Source: Macrostomum lignano (lineage: Eukaryota). Taken from it: a stretch of 64,000 nucleotides of DNA. The notes below the pieces were generated by a model. That model worked only from the letters and a program-made list of their open reading frames with translations, had not been told where the DNA came from and made no database searches. Where the stretch lies: assembly GCA_002269645.1 (NCBI GenBank), contig NIVC01000551.1, positions 248,001 through 312,000 of the forward strand, read 5' to 3'. Below, piece after piece: positions 13,391 to 27,267 of this stretch (position 1 is the stretch's first letter; every line of letters begins with the position of its first letter). The translations under genes and the position numbers were made by a program.

Positions 13391-14809
13391 ATGTTCTGCG
13401 TTTGCCCAATTCCCCTTTGTCCATTGTGCGTGTAAGCTTCTGCTGCTGATACTTTTCTGTTACATTATGGCGATCAGTCAGTCAGTCAGTCAGTCTGTCA
13501 CCCACTCACTCAAGTCAGTCAGTCAGTCAGTCAGTCAGTCAGTCAGTCAGTCAGTCAGTCAGTCATTCAGTCAGTCAGTCAGTCAGTCAGTCAGTCAGTC
13601 AGTCAGTCAGTCAGTCAGTCAGTCAGTCAGTCAGTCAGTCAGTCAGTCAGTCAGTCAGTCAGTCAGTCAGTCAGTCAGTCAGTCAGTCAGTCAGTCAGTC
13701 AGTCAGTCAGTCAGTCAGTCAGTCAGTCAGTCAGTCAGTCAGTCAGTCAGTCAGTCAGTCAGTCAGTCAGTCAGTCAGTCAGTCAGTCAGTCAGTCAGTC
13801 AGTCAGTCAGTCAGTCAGTCAGTCAGTCAGTCAGTCAGTCAGTCAGTCAGTCAGTCAGTCAGTCAGTCAGTCAGTCAGTCAGTCAGTCAGTCAGTCAGTC
13901 AGTCAGTCAGTCAGTCAGTCAGTCAGTCAGTCAGTCAGTCAGTCAGTCAGTCAGTCAGTCAGTCAGTCAGTCAGTCAGTCAGTCAGTCAGTCAGTCAGTC
14001 AGTCAGTCAGTCAGTCAGTCAGTCAGTCAGTCAGTCAGTCAGTCAGTCAGTCAGTCAGTCAGTCAGTCAGTCAGTCAGTCAGTCAGTCAGTCAGTCAGTC
14101 AGTCAGTCAGTCAGTCAGTCAGTCAGTCAGTCAGTCAGTCAGTCAGTCAGTCAGTCAGTCAGTCAGTCAGTCAGTCAGTCAGTCAGTCAGTCAGTCAGTC
14201 AGTCAGTCAGTCAGTCAGTCAGTCAGTCAGTCAGTCAGTCAGTCAGTCAGTCAGTCAGTCAGTCAGTCAGTCAGTCAGTCAGTCAGTCAGTCAGTCAGTC
14301 AGTCAGTCAGTCAGTCAGTCAGTCAGTCAGTCAGTCAGTCAGTCAGTCAGTCAGTCAGTCAGTCAGTCAGTCAGTCAGTCAGTCAGTCAGTCAGTCAGTC
14401 AGTCAGTCAGTCAGTCAGTCAGTCAGTCAGTCAGTCAGTCAGTCAGTCAGTCAGTCAGTCAGTCAGTCAGTCAGTCAGTCAGTCAGTCAGTCAGTCAGTC
14501 AGTCAGTCAGTCAGTCAGTCAGTCAGTCAGTCAGTCAGTCAGTCAGTCAGTCAGTCAGTCAGTCAGTCAGTCAGTCAGTCAGTCAGTCAGTCAGTCAGTC
14601 AGTCAGTCAGTCAGTCAGTCAGTCAGTCAGTCAGTCAGTCAGTCAGTCAGTCTGTTAGTCAGTCAGTCAGTCATTATTACTGTACACTACTCAGAGCGGC
14701 CAAGTTAGCTGGAAGTTGCTGCTGCGTACATTGGGGAAAAAGAGCTCATCTGGTTTTTGCGGTTGCCGCTGCTGCAGCTGTGCTGTCGGTTTTTGCGCTC
14801 ACACCGTGA
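13391..14809 (+). CDS. T-type Cys-module gene T2 with C-terminal hydrophobic helix (51 aa)
   Basis: Exons 13391-13431 and 14695-14809; phase-2 intron almost entirely (TCAG)n. MFCVCPIPLCPLCVAAKLAGSCCCVHWGKRAHLVFAVAAAAAVLSVFALTP. Confidence 0.72.
13475..14672 (+). repeat. (TCAG)n microsatellite, intronic
   Basis: About 1.2 kb of near-perfect TCAG; source of the poly-SQSV ORF. Confidence 0.98.
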
Positions 14810-15960
14810 CGTCAATTTTAAACTTTCGTAAGTCTAATTGCCCAGAGAACATGAACTAATTGTTTGCAGAACATGGGCATACAACCAACAGTGTATCAAT
14901 GAGTTTTGCTTAATAACTGGCATCTTTCATTTGGACTTGTAATGTAATTGCTATTGGGTCTATATTTAAATCATGTCTCGATAGATATTTCTATAATTAT
15001 ATTTATTAAGCTGATATCTACTTCCATAATTCGATTAAAAAAGTTTCAACATTGTCTGACTGACTGTCAACTGACGGAAATATAGTTTAAATTACCAAAT
15101 TATCATGAATTTTAATGTTATGAATTTCTATTTAGTCTATACAATTTTTCTTAAAAATAAATTATAAGAAATACTCTAAGATCTACTAAACTCTACTTTC
15201 TATACGCTGCATGCACTTACAGGCTACAATAAACTGGAATGTTGTACCTCTTCGCTGATCTATACTTAGCGCAGGCGTTGAGACTATTTATAAATTTAAT
15301 GTTTTCTGTTTCTCTCTGCGTACTATAGCCATAGTGGAACTTACACTGGCTAGCTACATGTACGTATCATATATGTGTACGCTCGTACTATGCATGGTGC
15401 AGCCGGTAAGGATTTCCAATCTAATTTAATAAACAGCTATACCGAAACCTATACTCATTGTTTTTTTCTAGGAGTGCTCCTACATTGTTGAATCGTAAAG
15501 CCCTTTTTTAAAGTTGATTTATTATCAATAGTTAAAGTTAAGTAAATTTCGTTTAAGACGCTTAGTTGTAACTTTGCGACAATAGAACTTTTTTGTCATC
15601 AACTTTCAATCTTTAGCTGCTAACCAGCAGACAAACTAGTGAATACTCGATCTCTGATTTGAATCGATTCACCAAGATGCAGAGCAAATTTCGGTGTAGA
15701 TTACGAATATGGGACAGGTGGATAGAATACATCCAGAATATTTCCACCTAGAATGGATGAGATCACTGTTGAGAACAGGGTACCAGTAGAACTGTGTAGA
15801 ACAGTTAGGTTCTGACATTACAATTCTGACAATGACGTCTACATGTGATAATACAGATGAGACATTTAATGAGCCACGGCCTTCGACAGGGCTTTCTTAA
15901 TTTTTGTGGAAGCATATTTCGGTAATTTCTTTTTAAAACGGACATCACGCGCACAACACT

Positions 15961-16126
15961 ATGTCGACCCCATGCTGCCCTTGGGGCATTTTGTGCCGTA
16001 ATTGTCGGTAAGTACAGAAGTCAGTAATTGCATTCACTCTCAGCAGTCAATCATCGACAAAATTTTAAACCACAATGCGTTTATAGGGATGCTTGGGACG
16101 AAGGAAGGTGCTGCTGCAGGCACTGA
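15961..16126 (+). CDS. A-type ultra-short Cys peptide A3 (28 aa)
   Basis: Exons 15961-16007 and 16087-16126, phase 2. MSTPCCPWGILCRNCRDAWDEGRCCCRH. Confidence 0.72.
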
Positions 16127-16334
16127 GAAGCTGTGACCACTTCTGACTTCTTGAGAAGTCGATTAAAAACTGTTCATGACACTAATTATACATTCATCTC
16201 TGACATATTGCCTTAAGAACTTTTTAAACTCTATTTTCTAAACAAAAAATTGTTTTTAATTTTTACCAATTTTTCAAACTTTTTTCTTAAAAATACTTAA
16301 ATCTCTTTTCTGAAGTAGTTGCGTTTTTATTTTT

Positions 16335-17092
16335 CACGATTTTTTCAATAAAAATGATTTTACGTGACGCACAAAAAGTACATTCCCGTCATCAGAAAAC
16401 AAAGCATTTAGTCTTTTACGTCTCGCAGCCTGAGAGCAGGATTCAGAAACTCGAGGAATGAAATGAGCGATGGACTGCAGGGCCATTGAGAAGTTTGGAG
16501 TGTGTGAGTTTGCTGAGCAGTTGTCTGTAGTCAAAGATCGTTCATTGGAAGTTTATCGAAGGAACCAGCTTGCTAGACTGACTATGACTTGCTAGACTCA
16601 TAAGCTACTATGAGTAGCTTATTAGAGAACGTGACTCTATGGTTTCCAGATGTTTATTGCGAGAATGGTCCTCTGTCCAGGAGTTGCGATACTTGGCCTT
16701 CCAATCCTGCAGTAATAGATTTCTACACTCAAACATCACACTCACTGCGAGAGTGTAGAAAGTGAAAGCAATAAAATTAGTTAATGAGGCAATAGCGCTA
16801 GCCTAATAATAATAGTAAATCTTAGGGTTAATAATTACTTCCCTACTGAAAATAAGTATTCTAAATGAAATGAGTCCAAATGAAAATAAGGTAAGCGCTG
16901 ACTCTCAGACTCCAGCAATAAGCAAAATTCTTATTGGCCTCTAAATTAGCAAAGCAAATGATTACAGACAAAAGTGCAGGCTCACCTGAGGCCTGCATGA
17001 TGCTGGCTGCTGATGCTGTAGGTGCTGTAGATGCAGTTGCCAGCACGGTTCCCTGCAGATAGACAGAGAAACGCAAAAAACTTGAGAGTTCT
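16335..17092 (+). pseudogene. B-type degenerate paralog B2
   Basis: Block homologous to B1 and B3. Near 17000-17050 reads GC*CCRCCRCSCQH, resembling a CCC-x-H exon with an in-frame stop. Confidence 0.4.
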
Positions 17093-17099
17093 TGCGCAC

Positions 17100-17565
17100 A
17101 CGCGCTCACAAAACAGACGAGAGAGAGGTGGGCGGCTGCGGTCTAGGCTGAGACTCAACGCCTGCAAGTCAGATACGAAACAGACACTCACAGTCGCCCT
17201 CGTCCATGGCGATTCCGCTCCGTCGGCTGGTGCAGAAGAACCCGTGCCAACGGGACTTGGTCGCTGCGGCTGACTCCGGAGGCAGTGACCCAGCAGCATC
17301 TGGCGGCGCCGGCGCAGGGTGACGCTCAGATGTGGAACGCCGGCGCGGCCCATCAGGTCTCTGACGGCAACTTCTCGGGGTAGTGCACGCCCAGGGTGTA
17401 GCGCAGCACGAAGAGCGCGTCCAGGGCTCGCTCTCGTGTGTCGGTCATCGGCACCGCTTCCATGCCGTACAGGAGGATCGGCTCCACGGCCACACAAAAG
17501 AGGCGCACCTTCAGACCATCCCTCGCAGATAAGTTGAAGACGTTCCTGAGCAGGTGCGCCGCATG
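17100..17565 (-). mobile_element. RTE-like LINE, C-terminal ORF fragment
   Basis: KVRLFCVAVEPILLYGMEAVPMTDTRERALDA...RRRRQMLLGHCLR, typical of the post-RT region of RTE-clade elements. Same family as 34300-34460. Confidence 0.75.
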
Positions 17566-17929
17566 CAATGGTGGGTTCAGCACGCCTGGATTGAAGAGTA
17601 AAGTTTTGCTTATTTCATTGTACTCATCATTTGCCTATTTTACCTGCCCCCCTCCGCGCCTCACGCCACCTTTTCTCACCGCCTCCATATTGATTTGTTA
17701 TAACGTACATTGCAAGTCATGCACACTTACAACCCCCCCCCCGCTAAAGCCTGTGTCAACTCCGCCATATATTATATTGAGAATAAATATACCTAGCTCA
17801 AGAGTAGACTGCGCGAAACCCCCCTTGGTGATTTTGTTCTGCTACGATTGTCAATTGCGAGGCTAGCCGCCAAGTGCTGAGTTCTCAGTTCTTAAGAATC
17901 TCTTGTTAACAACGCCTGTGTATCCCCAG

Positions 17930-20900
17930 GCTTACGAGCTACGGTCTGCGATCCTACACACCTGCACCCCCTCTATTCTGGTGCAGGAATGGCAGGAGAA
18001 CTCTCTCCCAGCTGACGCATGTGTTCAAGCTGCTGGACTGACTGGGCTCCGGCGGCGGCAACCCATCCGTGGCCTGCTGGCCAATTATGGTACGGGCCCC
18101 GCCCGGAAGTGAACCTGTGCGTATCAGGTATCTCTGGCCACGGCTCTGAGGAACAGGTATCACCCTCTGACCTTAACAGGGTATGCGGCCAGTCCGCAGG
18201 CTCCGGGGACGGCCTCTTGTCCCCCTCAAGGGCCCAGTGTACCACCGTGCTGATGGTCCTTTGGTTCGGCCTCTGGTTTTTCCAAGCCGGGCTCTTAGCC
18301 GGGGAGTTTCTCGGTTGCTAGCGGTCGGGCCGGTAAGGGCTTAAGCTACCCCCGGTCGCTACCTCTCGCCTGGATGTTGGGTTTGGGGTTACTTGCCCAG
18401 CAGCTTCTCACCTCTAGTCCCCATTCGCCTTTCAGCGAATCATGGAGTATTCATTTTCATCCAACATGTCCGAGGCTGCTGGAGCACCAACCGAGCTTGG
18501 TATCGCGGCCCAGCCGGACATTCGCAACACTGGAACCCCCGGTGCCTCTCAGTCAGCCCCTGCCGCCGCTCAGGACAATGCCGGACAACAGGAAAGCGGA
18601 CCTCAGATCTCTAAAAAGAAGGCCCGTAGCATTGCTCGCTAAAAAGCTTTTCTCCAGCGCAAAGCGGAGGAACGGAGGAGTGCGAAAGCCGCCTCTCCGG
18701 CCACCTCCGAGGAGGGTGCCAGTAACTCTGCGAATCCCGCAAAGGAGCCGACATCCGACAAGGGGGCGGACCTCGCGCCGGTCAGATGCATCAGGTGCCG
18801 CCGAAGCTCCTGGTGCGGCTGGCCCCTCCCGTGACGGGCCCTCTGTCCGTGTGGAAGCTCCCACGGCCGTGGAGGGATCCAAAGCGGGGGGGGGGTGCTG
18901 GCCAAACCACCAAGCCAAAGCGCACCTATGCGGCTATGGCCAAGAGGCAGCCGGCCCTGATCATTCAAGGCCAGGAGACGCCTCTTATGGCCGAACAGCT
19001 CGACCAAATCTGGCGCAGGCTGGACTCCCACCTGGTCAAGATGGCCTTGAACTGTACCGCTATTCCAGTCCAAAATACGAAAGTCGAGGACCAAGCCCTT
19101 CAAATCCAGCCCGCCGACAGCCAGTCTGTACAGCAGCTCCTCGAGATGTTGAAAATCTTCGACTGGGGTACGGAGCTGGAAAACTTGTTTATCTACAGGG
19201 AGGACGAGCGACCCCGGACACACCGGCACCATGCCTGGATTCCGGCTCGCAGCTGCATCACCAAGGCCGACGAGCTGCGTCGCCTGCTAGTGGCTACTGT
19301 AGTGACTGGCTGCTAACTGGCTATTCAGCAGCATTCACTAGCTGTTCCCAAGAGCGCTGTGATCCGCTGCACAGCAGCTCAGTCCACCTGATCTAGTGAG
19401 AGAGATACCCTGTGCTGGGCTTAAGTGTTTACTGCCCGATGACTCATCGCCTGAGCGGGCGCGGCAGCCACACTCAATATCTTCCCCTCTCGCGCTGAGG
19501 AGCTGTAGCAGGATGACTCATCACCTGCGCGGAGTGTAAAGGCTGCCTAGAGGGAGTAAACAGGATGACTCATCCGCCCAAGTTCTATTTTTAGCACAGA
19601 AAAGCACGTGACTGTGCACGCACACTGTGCGTGGCCACTGACCTTGAGTCACGCCACTGCTGCGTGACAGGGTTGCCTTATTTGGAAGTCGGCCTTGGAT
19701 CACGCGTTGCTCGCATGATCCTGTTGACCAAATAAGGAAGTTTCACGCGCTCACTTTTGGGGGTCCGCTCGACTATAAATACGGAGCATCTGGGAGCCAT
19801 TTTTCTCCAGATCACGTTCACCGGCGTCGTCTCGCAGAGCATCGTGGCTAACTCGTGAAGCCTCCTCCGAGCTCTCCTCTCTCATTTCAGGTTTTTCAGG
19901 TTTTCAGGTTCGAGCAGCATTCTACAAGAACGATCAACTGTCGAGACATTTTCAGATTTGCCTTTGCTCCGAGCGACTTTGTTATTTTATTTCAGGTGAC
20001 GGATAGACAACTCTGCCGACGCGTCGAGTCCGCACACCAAGGAGGCAGCAACCCTACCGAGTCTAAGGCTAACGTTTTAGGTTCCTTTTTAGGCAAATCG
20101 ATAGGTAGTACAACGGTACTATCTAGCTACTTCCGGAGCAGCGAGTTCTATTTCTAGGAACATCTTCAAGAACTCGGGAAGGAGCGTAACACTACCAACC
20201 CGGAGCTACCGGCCAATGGCGTCGTAGTTCACGAGACCATCTCCAAGCCGGGCGAAGACGGTTTCACGGCTATTCTTGCACTGTCGGATAGCTGGATGCT
20301 CCGCTATCTGGACATGTCCCTCATCTCTGTCGGGCTGTTGCAGATTCAGCTCTTTAGCTTTGAGTCTGACGCCACTCGCCCACCGTCCCCGGAGAAGCGT
20401 AAGCGGGCGAGCAGGGGGCTCTGCCGGGCGGAAACGCCTAGGAAAAGAAGCTCCCGGTCGTCACGACCCCTCCGAGGACGTGGACCCCGTCAGCGGGAAA
20501 GCCGCGAAAGCTGCAGCAACAGGCGGCCGTGGAAAGGGTCGGAAGCCTGCCAGGAACACTATCCGTTCTGGTCTGACTCAGCGCGCGAAGCAGCTGCTGG
20601 ACACCGCCAAGGCCAACAACCGCAGCAACCCCCAGCCCAATGTCACCACTGCTGCCCCCCCCCCTGGAAAACCGGGCCGAGAGCGAGAATGCCGACCTTG
20701 TGGTGGCCCCGCCCTCGACCATGGAGACCATCCGGGAGGAGCCCATGGAACTGGAGCCTGGAGCTATCGGCGAGGCAGAAGAGGCGGCTCTCCTGCACAA
20801 CTCGTCTTGAGCCGGCAGGAAGCTGCGCGGACCACTCGTGGAATCCCCAGAGTGGACATCCTGCAGCTAAACTTACACCACTGCATCGTGGCCTCGACCA

Positions 20901-22912
20901 ACCTGATGCAGGTGGCAAAATTTGGGAAACCGGGCATCATCCTACTTCAGGAGCCCTGACAGCCCATGAGGCTTCCTGTCCTATTGAAGCCTACAAAGGC
21001 AAAAAATCCGCCCTCTGGTGGCACCCGGCGCTTGGATCCCTCCGGCGCAAGGCAAAGTGCCTCCAACGGAAAGCTCGCAAGAGCAAGGACCCAGCCGACC
21101 TGGCCGCCTATCAAGACGCGATTCGCGACTTTAAGCGTGAAACCAGGAAAGCCAAGTCCGACAAGTGGCGCCAATACTGCGCGGAGTTAGAAGGCACCCG
21201 CCCTACTTCACGCGTGGTTAAGGCTCGCACCCTCGACAAAATGTCAAAGCTCTCAGTCATTAAAAGACCGGACGGCCGGCTCGCTGAGAACCCAGGGGAA
21301 TCGCTGGACATCATGCTCACCAGCTCTTTCCCACGTGCCGCACCGCAGCTAGGCCCACCGGACCACTCTCCGGGCGGACAGATCCTGGCTTCGACCATCA
21401 TTACTAGAGAGAAGACGGCTCGCGCCGCAAAATCCTTCTCTCCTTTCAATTCACCGGGACCTGACAGCATTTATCCTGCCTTCCTCCATGAGGCAGTTAA
21501 AAATGACAGGTTTCTCGGCCTCCTCTGCAACCTCTTCAAGGCCAGCATTACCCTCGGGTGCGTGCCAAAAGCCTGCCAAGAGGCCACGGTGGTCTTCATA
21601 CCCAAACCAGGGAAGCTACGGAGACTATCATTCTGCCAAAGCTTACCGCCCTATCAGTCTGACATCTTTCTTCCTCAAACTGATGGAACGGCTGGTGCTC
21701 TGGCGCCTTCTCCTCGTTGAGCTGAGGAACTCCCCGCTCTCCCCCAATCAACACGCCTTTCGTCCTAGACGCTCCATCGAGAGTGCGCTGCACGCCATTG
21801 TCGACAAGCTGGAGCGCGCCGTGCTTGGCAGTGGATACGCGCAGTCGCTTTTCCTCGACATTGATGGTGCTTTCAATAATGTGCTCTTTGGAGCCTTTAG
21901 GCGGGCCCTGGAATCCCGGGGCACGCACGAGCAACTTATCTGCTGGATCATCATGTACATGATCTGCCATCGTACTGCCACCTCGCACCTCCTGGGACAC
22001 TCCCGCTCCGTGGAAGTCCAGAAAGGCGGACTGCAGGGTGAAGTCCTCAGCCCGATCCTCTGGAATTTAGTCATGGACGAGCTGCTTTGCAGCCCGCATA
22101 CGGACCCAGTTCAGAAGGTCGGCTATGCGGACGATGTTACCGCCACCGTGGCTGGACCGTCACCCGTTGTCCTCAGGGACCTCCTTCAAGCCTTCATCCA
22201 CCGTGCCGAGCGCTGGGCACATAGCTGCGGTCTCAGGTTCTCTGAGTCTAAAACCGTGGCTATCATGTTCACCAGCCGCCGAAACTGGAGGACTGAGCTG
22301 CTCTCCCTCTATGGCAAACCCGTTGCCATGGAGAAACAAACTAGATGTCTGGGCGTCACCCTCGACCATAGACTGAGCTGGACCCCGCACGTCCAAACCA
22401 AAGTCCGCAAAGCTCTCGCGACTCTCGCGCAGATCCGCAGAGCTTTCGGTGCTACCTGGGGCCTCACCCCCGCCGCCTCTGGTGGATTTACACTGCCATT
22501 GTTAGACCGGCCATCTCCTTCGCCGGCTTCATTTGGAACAGTGCCCTAGAGGTGAAAGGGGTTCTTGAGGTTTTAAATAGGGTGCAAGGCCGCGCTTGTC
22601 AAGCTATCATGAGCGCGGCTCCCTCTACGCCCTTTGCTGGCATGAACTCCTTCTTGGACATTCCCCCCTCGACCTCTTTGTTAGAGGGGAGGCAATGAAA
22701 GCCACCTGCCGTCTGCTTGACGCGGGTGTCCAAATGCAGAAGCAGTTCGCCTTTAGAAAGCGGAACCTCTGGCCGCATGGCGACCTCAACCTGCGAGACC
22801 TGGAAGCAGCGAGAGGCCTGCTGACCCTCTCGGACGGAATCCCGTCCACGCTCTGCTCTCGGCTCAAATTCAAAACCAGCATTCCACCACGCCATGAAGC
22901 AAGAGATAACTC
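17930..22912 (+). mobile_element. Decayed LOA/R1-like non-LTR retrotransposon
   Basis: ORF1 from 18442 (stop, frameshifts, LTR insertion) aligns to ORF1 at 57286. APE start VDILQLNLHHC...QEP near 20850 is followed by a ~0.7-kb deletion. RT with FLDIDGAF, QGEVLSP and YADD is frameshifted. Truncated at the RNase H start by satellite. Confidence 0.9.
19298..20191 (+). mobile_element. Solo LTR (894 bp) with 4-bp TSD
   Basis: TGT...ACA termini with CTAC duplicated at 19294-19297 and 20192-20195. Removal restores ORF1 RRLLVATNPELPANG. Contains TATAAATA at 19774, three TGACTCA sites and a MEF2-consensus site. Confidence 0.85.
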
Positions 22913-23842
22913 AGGAGTCAGGATCAGAGAGTCAGGATCAGAGAGTCAGGATCAGAGAGTCAGGATCAGAGAGTCAGGATCAGAGAGTCAGGATCAGAGA
23001 GTCAGGATCAGAGAGTCAGGATCAGAGAGTCAGGATCAGAGAGTCAGGATCAGAGAGTCAGGATCAGAGAGTCAGGATCAGAGAGTCAGGATCAGAGAGT
23101 CAGGATCAGAGAGAGTCAGGATCAGAGAGTCAGGATCAGAGAGTCAGGATCAGAGAGTCAGGATCAGAGAGTCAGGATCAGAGAGTCAGGATCAGAGAGT
23201 CAGGATCAGAGAGTCAGGATCAGAGAGAGTCAGGATCAGAGAGTCAGGATCAGAGAGTCAGGATCAGAGAGTCAGGATCAGAGAGAGTCAGGATCAGAGA
23301 GTCATGATCAGAGAGTCAGGATCAGAGAGTCAGGATCAGAGAGTCAGGATCAGAGAGTCAGGATCAGAGAGTCAGGATCGGAGAGTCATGATCAGAGAGT
23401 CAGGATCAGAGAGTCAGGATCAGAGAGTCAGGATCAGAGAGTCATGATCAGAGAGTCAGGATCAGAGAGTCAGGGTCAGAGAGTCAGGATCAGAGAGTCA
23501 GGATCAGAGAGTCAGGATCGGAGAGTCAGGATCAGAGAGTCGGGGTCAGAGAGTCAGGATCAGAGAGTCAGGATCAGAGAGTCAGGATCAGAGAGTCAGG
23601 ATCAGAGAGTCAGGATCAGAGAGTCAGGATCAGAGAGTCAGGATCAGAGAGTCAGGATCAGAGAGTCAGGATCAGAGAGTCAGGATCAGAGAGTCAGGAT
23701 CAGAGAGTCAGGATCAGAGAGTCAGGATCAGAGAGTCAGGATCAGAGAGTCAGGATCAGAGAGTCAGGATCAGTGAGTCAGGATCGGAGAGTCAGGATCA
23801 GAGAGTCAGGGTCAGAGAGTCAGGATCAGAGAGTCAGGATCC
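22913..23842 (+). repeat. GAGAGTCAGGATCA satellite
   Basis: Direct tandem units. Confidence 0.97.
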
Positions 23843-24391
23843 AAGTCAGTATTTTCAATCTCATAAAACTCTACAAGTGTATTCTCTAATCAATCAGCAT
23901 TCAGATGCAGCATTTTTGCTCACTAATACCGAAATAATTATTACCAAAACTGACTGTTGACTCGGAAGTTTCGTGAGTAACAAAAGTAGCACCGGATCGC
24001 TGCACATGCATGCGTGTCCGAGACTTGTAGAACCAGTCATTTTCACTAGACGAGGAACAGATAGCGTGTGGTCTATTTTTAGCTCGTAGACAGTGGAAAC
24101 TACTTACTAACTTCTGGATTCCCCCAAATCACTAGTAACAGTAGAATGCCACCAAAGCGGTACTTCTGAGGCATTCTAGTGCCAAATAACATGACGTTAA
24201 GGTCTTGATGGCGTAATGCCTGAAAAAAAGAGTTAGAATATGCATGGGGCAAGTAAGCTCGTGATTAATGTCATTTTCATAGATTCCAGAAGCAGAAAAG
24301 CGTCAGGTTTAATAATAATAAAAACTTTTAAATATTAAAATCGCATTCAAGTTTAATATCAAATTAGTAAGCTTATTTTCAATTTGCAAGC

Positions 24392-24467
24392 ATGTGCAAA
24401 AGTGGAAGTATCTGCACTGCCAGATCTGGGCGTGCTGCCCAGATCCCGCAAACTGCGAACAGTGCCA
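24392..24467 (+). pseudogene. E-type paralog E2, frameshifted, exon 2 deleted
   Basis: [12 protein letters not shown] before a GTAAGA donor, out of frame with the ATG (76 nt). After the TCTG array the sequence joins directly to the E1 3' flank. Upstream 23840-24390 is paralogous to 6612-7270. Confidence 0.7.
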
Positions 24468-24489
24468 GTAAGATCTGTACTTACTTTTG

Positions 24490-24770
<281 letters not shown>

Positions 24771-25084
24771 CTTGAATTGAGTTGGCCCGAGTGATGAGAA
24801 CGCCTTCACCCATCAACAGTCCTAGTGGCAATCGTTTTTTAAAACCCATTTATTCCGAATATGATTACGAGCAAATTTATTTTCTTACGAGGCCAACTCC
24901 TCCTCTGGAGGAGAAAGGGGAAGAACTCCCATCACCGGAATCCATTCCCTGAAATCCATCAGCTGAAATTCCATGACTTGAATCCCATCTTCCAAATCAT
25001 CTCCAAATCCTCTGTAAAGCCTTTCAAATACCATATCTTGTTTTCCCTGTTCGCAAAAACTGACTGCCATTGTCCAGACTCAGA

Positions 25085-25505
25085 TTCTTCTGTCTCCTCT
25101 CTTCTCTTTTCTCTCCTCTCACGTCTCTCATCTCTACTACCTTATTTATCTCTTCTCCCTCGTCTTTCGTCTTTCTCTCCTGTCTCCTTTATCCCCTGTT
25201 TTCTCCTCTCTCCTCTCTTCTCTCCTCTCTCATCTCTCATCCCTCATGCCTCATCTCACTATTTCTTTCTCCTCTACTCTCAGCTCCTCTCTTCTCTCTC
25301 CTCTCATCTCTCCTGTCTCCCTCTACTATCTCATATATTCCCTCTCATCTCCTCTCTCCTCTTTTCTTCTCTCTCCCTCTTCGTTCCCGCCTTACTCCCC
25401 TCTTCTCTCCCATCTGTCATGTCTAATCTGTCCTCTCTCATCTCTACTCTCTTTTCTATAATCTCTTCTCTCTTCTCTTTTCACTCTTCTCTTTACTCTC
25501 TTTAC
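25085..25505 (+). repeat. CT-rich low-complexity tract
   Basis: Degenerate TCTCC/TCTC; source of spurious Ser/Leu-rich ORFs. Confidence 0.9.
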
Positions 25506-25544
25506 TGACTGACTGAAGATACCAAATCCATCAAAATCCCTCCG

Positions 25545-25760
25545 TGAAACAGAAATCCTCTCCGCGAAACAGAAATCCTCTCCGCGAAACAGAAATCCTC
25601 TCCGTGAAACTGGGCTCCATGGAAATCCTCTGAGTGAAACTGACATCCATCAAAATCGTCTCCGTAAAACAGAAATACATCTAAATTCTCTCCACGAAAA
25701 AAAATCCTCTCCGTGAAACCGAAAACCATCAGAATACTCCGTGAAACTGGACTCAATCGA
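25545..25760 (+). repeat. ~20-bp minisatellite (AAATCCTCTCCGTGAAACAG)
   Basis: Several perfect and diverged tandem units. Confidence 0.8.
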
Positions 25761-27267
25761 AATTTTCTCTGTCAAAAAGAACTTAACTCTCAGAATTCAT
25801 TGGTTAGGGTTAGGGTTAGAGCTGCACAGAGCTGCGTGTTGAATTAATTGAATCAATTAATTGCGCAAACCATTTCTCAGTCAGACAGTATCAGTCTTAT
25901 TTAAATTTAAATAAACGGTTGCGCAGTCTAAATCAACCCTCCAATACGCAGCGGCAGACCCCCTTCCAATACGCCCAACTTTATCTATTACGTCTCGCAA
26001 AACTGAGTACAATTTTTGCAGAAAGTTAAAAGTATGGAAATAGTTTTTTAAATGCGGTGCTTTTTCTTTTCATATTTAAAGCATACAACTTATATCCCCG
26101 AACTCAGCGCTGCAAGATCTTTCCAGCAATATAAGTCTCTTCTCTCAAAGTTTAAAACTCGAGGAACAGTTAGCGTTTGAAATTTACCGATTTCCCGACT
26201 GCTTGCTAGAGAAGCTCGCAAGTTTATTCATTGAATTTCACTGCCAAACTAATACACAGGGCTGCCAATAATAAAACCAAATGAATCTCGACACAGTCTA
26301 TCTATTTACACTGTACAACTGCTATGTACACTCAGCCCAAGCCCAACCCCCCGTTCTGGGGGAAGCATTAAATTTAACTCAACCCCCCAACACGCGGGGG
26401 GTTTTATTTGCATTGAACCCAGAACACGCGCACCCACCACCCCTCAATACACAGCGGCCCGCGGGCGGAGGTTGGGGTGGCTATTTTTACAAACTGGCTG
26501 CAGCCCCAGGCAGAGTGGCCAAAGAAGGTTATTGGGGGTTAAAAAAGCAGTTTTCTGCTTTTTTAGGGATGTTAAAATGTGAAAATTAAAAATTAAAATA
26601 GCCTAAAGCCTGCTCCGGAAAATTTGCAGTTTTCCCATATAAGTTTCGACGCTGACTTGCTAGTTGTCTAGGAGAAAAATCGCAACACACACACAATCAT
26701 CGCACCAGTTTTAGTATTAAGAAGTAATAGCTCGTAAGAAATCGATTTTTTGAGGTCATTTATTATCAAACGTGTTCATCACCTGCTCATTAAGTGGTGT
26801 TTTGGTTTAGTTTGATTTCCCTATTGCAATAAAACTACTAGTTATTCTTATTGTTTGATTTTGGAGCAGTAAAATACTTTTCTGCAAAACCAATTGCTTT
26901 TCCTTCAAGACTTAAGAGTGAAAATGGTGCCAAAATAAGTGCCAAAATGAGTGACAGTGGCGCCAAAATCTTACCAACATTATTGTGGCGCTAAAATGAC
27001 ATTGTAAGCAGCAGATTTCGTATGGTTTAGATTTCTTAGAAATTCAGCTAAACAGTACAACCTTGTCCCGAAAATCTGATTAGGTGCGGTGACTTCACCA
27101 GCTACATGTAACTCATGCTTAAAAATACATGGGGATTGCCAACCAGGTACTGCCTGGATGTCGCGAATATTTGTAAATCTTTGTACATATTTATCAGGAA
27201 AGTTGAAATCAAAGTTCGTCTCTTTTTGATAGTCGCAAAGCCAATCGCAACTTTTGAACTAAAAATA

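Noticed and set aside
13467-14708. 413-aa poly-SQSV ORF (also 29395-30489 as a single ORF)
   Set aside because: Translations of (TCAG)n; only the 3' end of 29395-30489 is a real exon (T3 exon 2).
25802-25819. Telomere or chromosome end
   Set aside because: Only two to three TTAGGG units, internal to the sequence.
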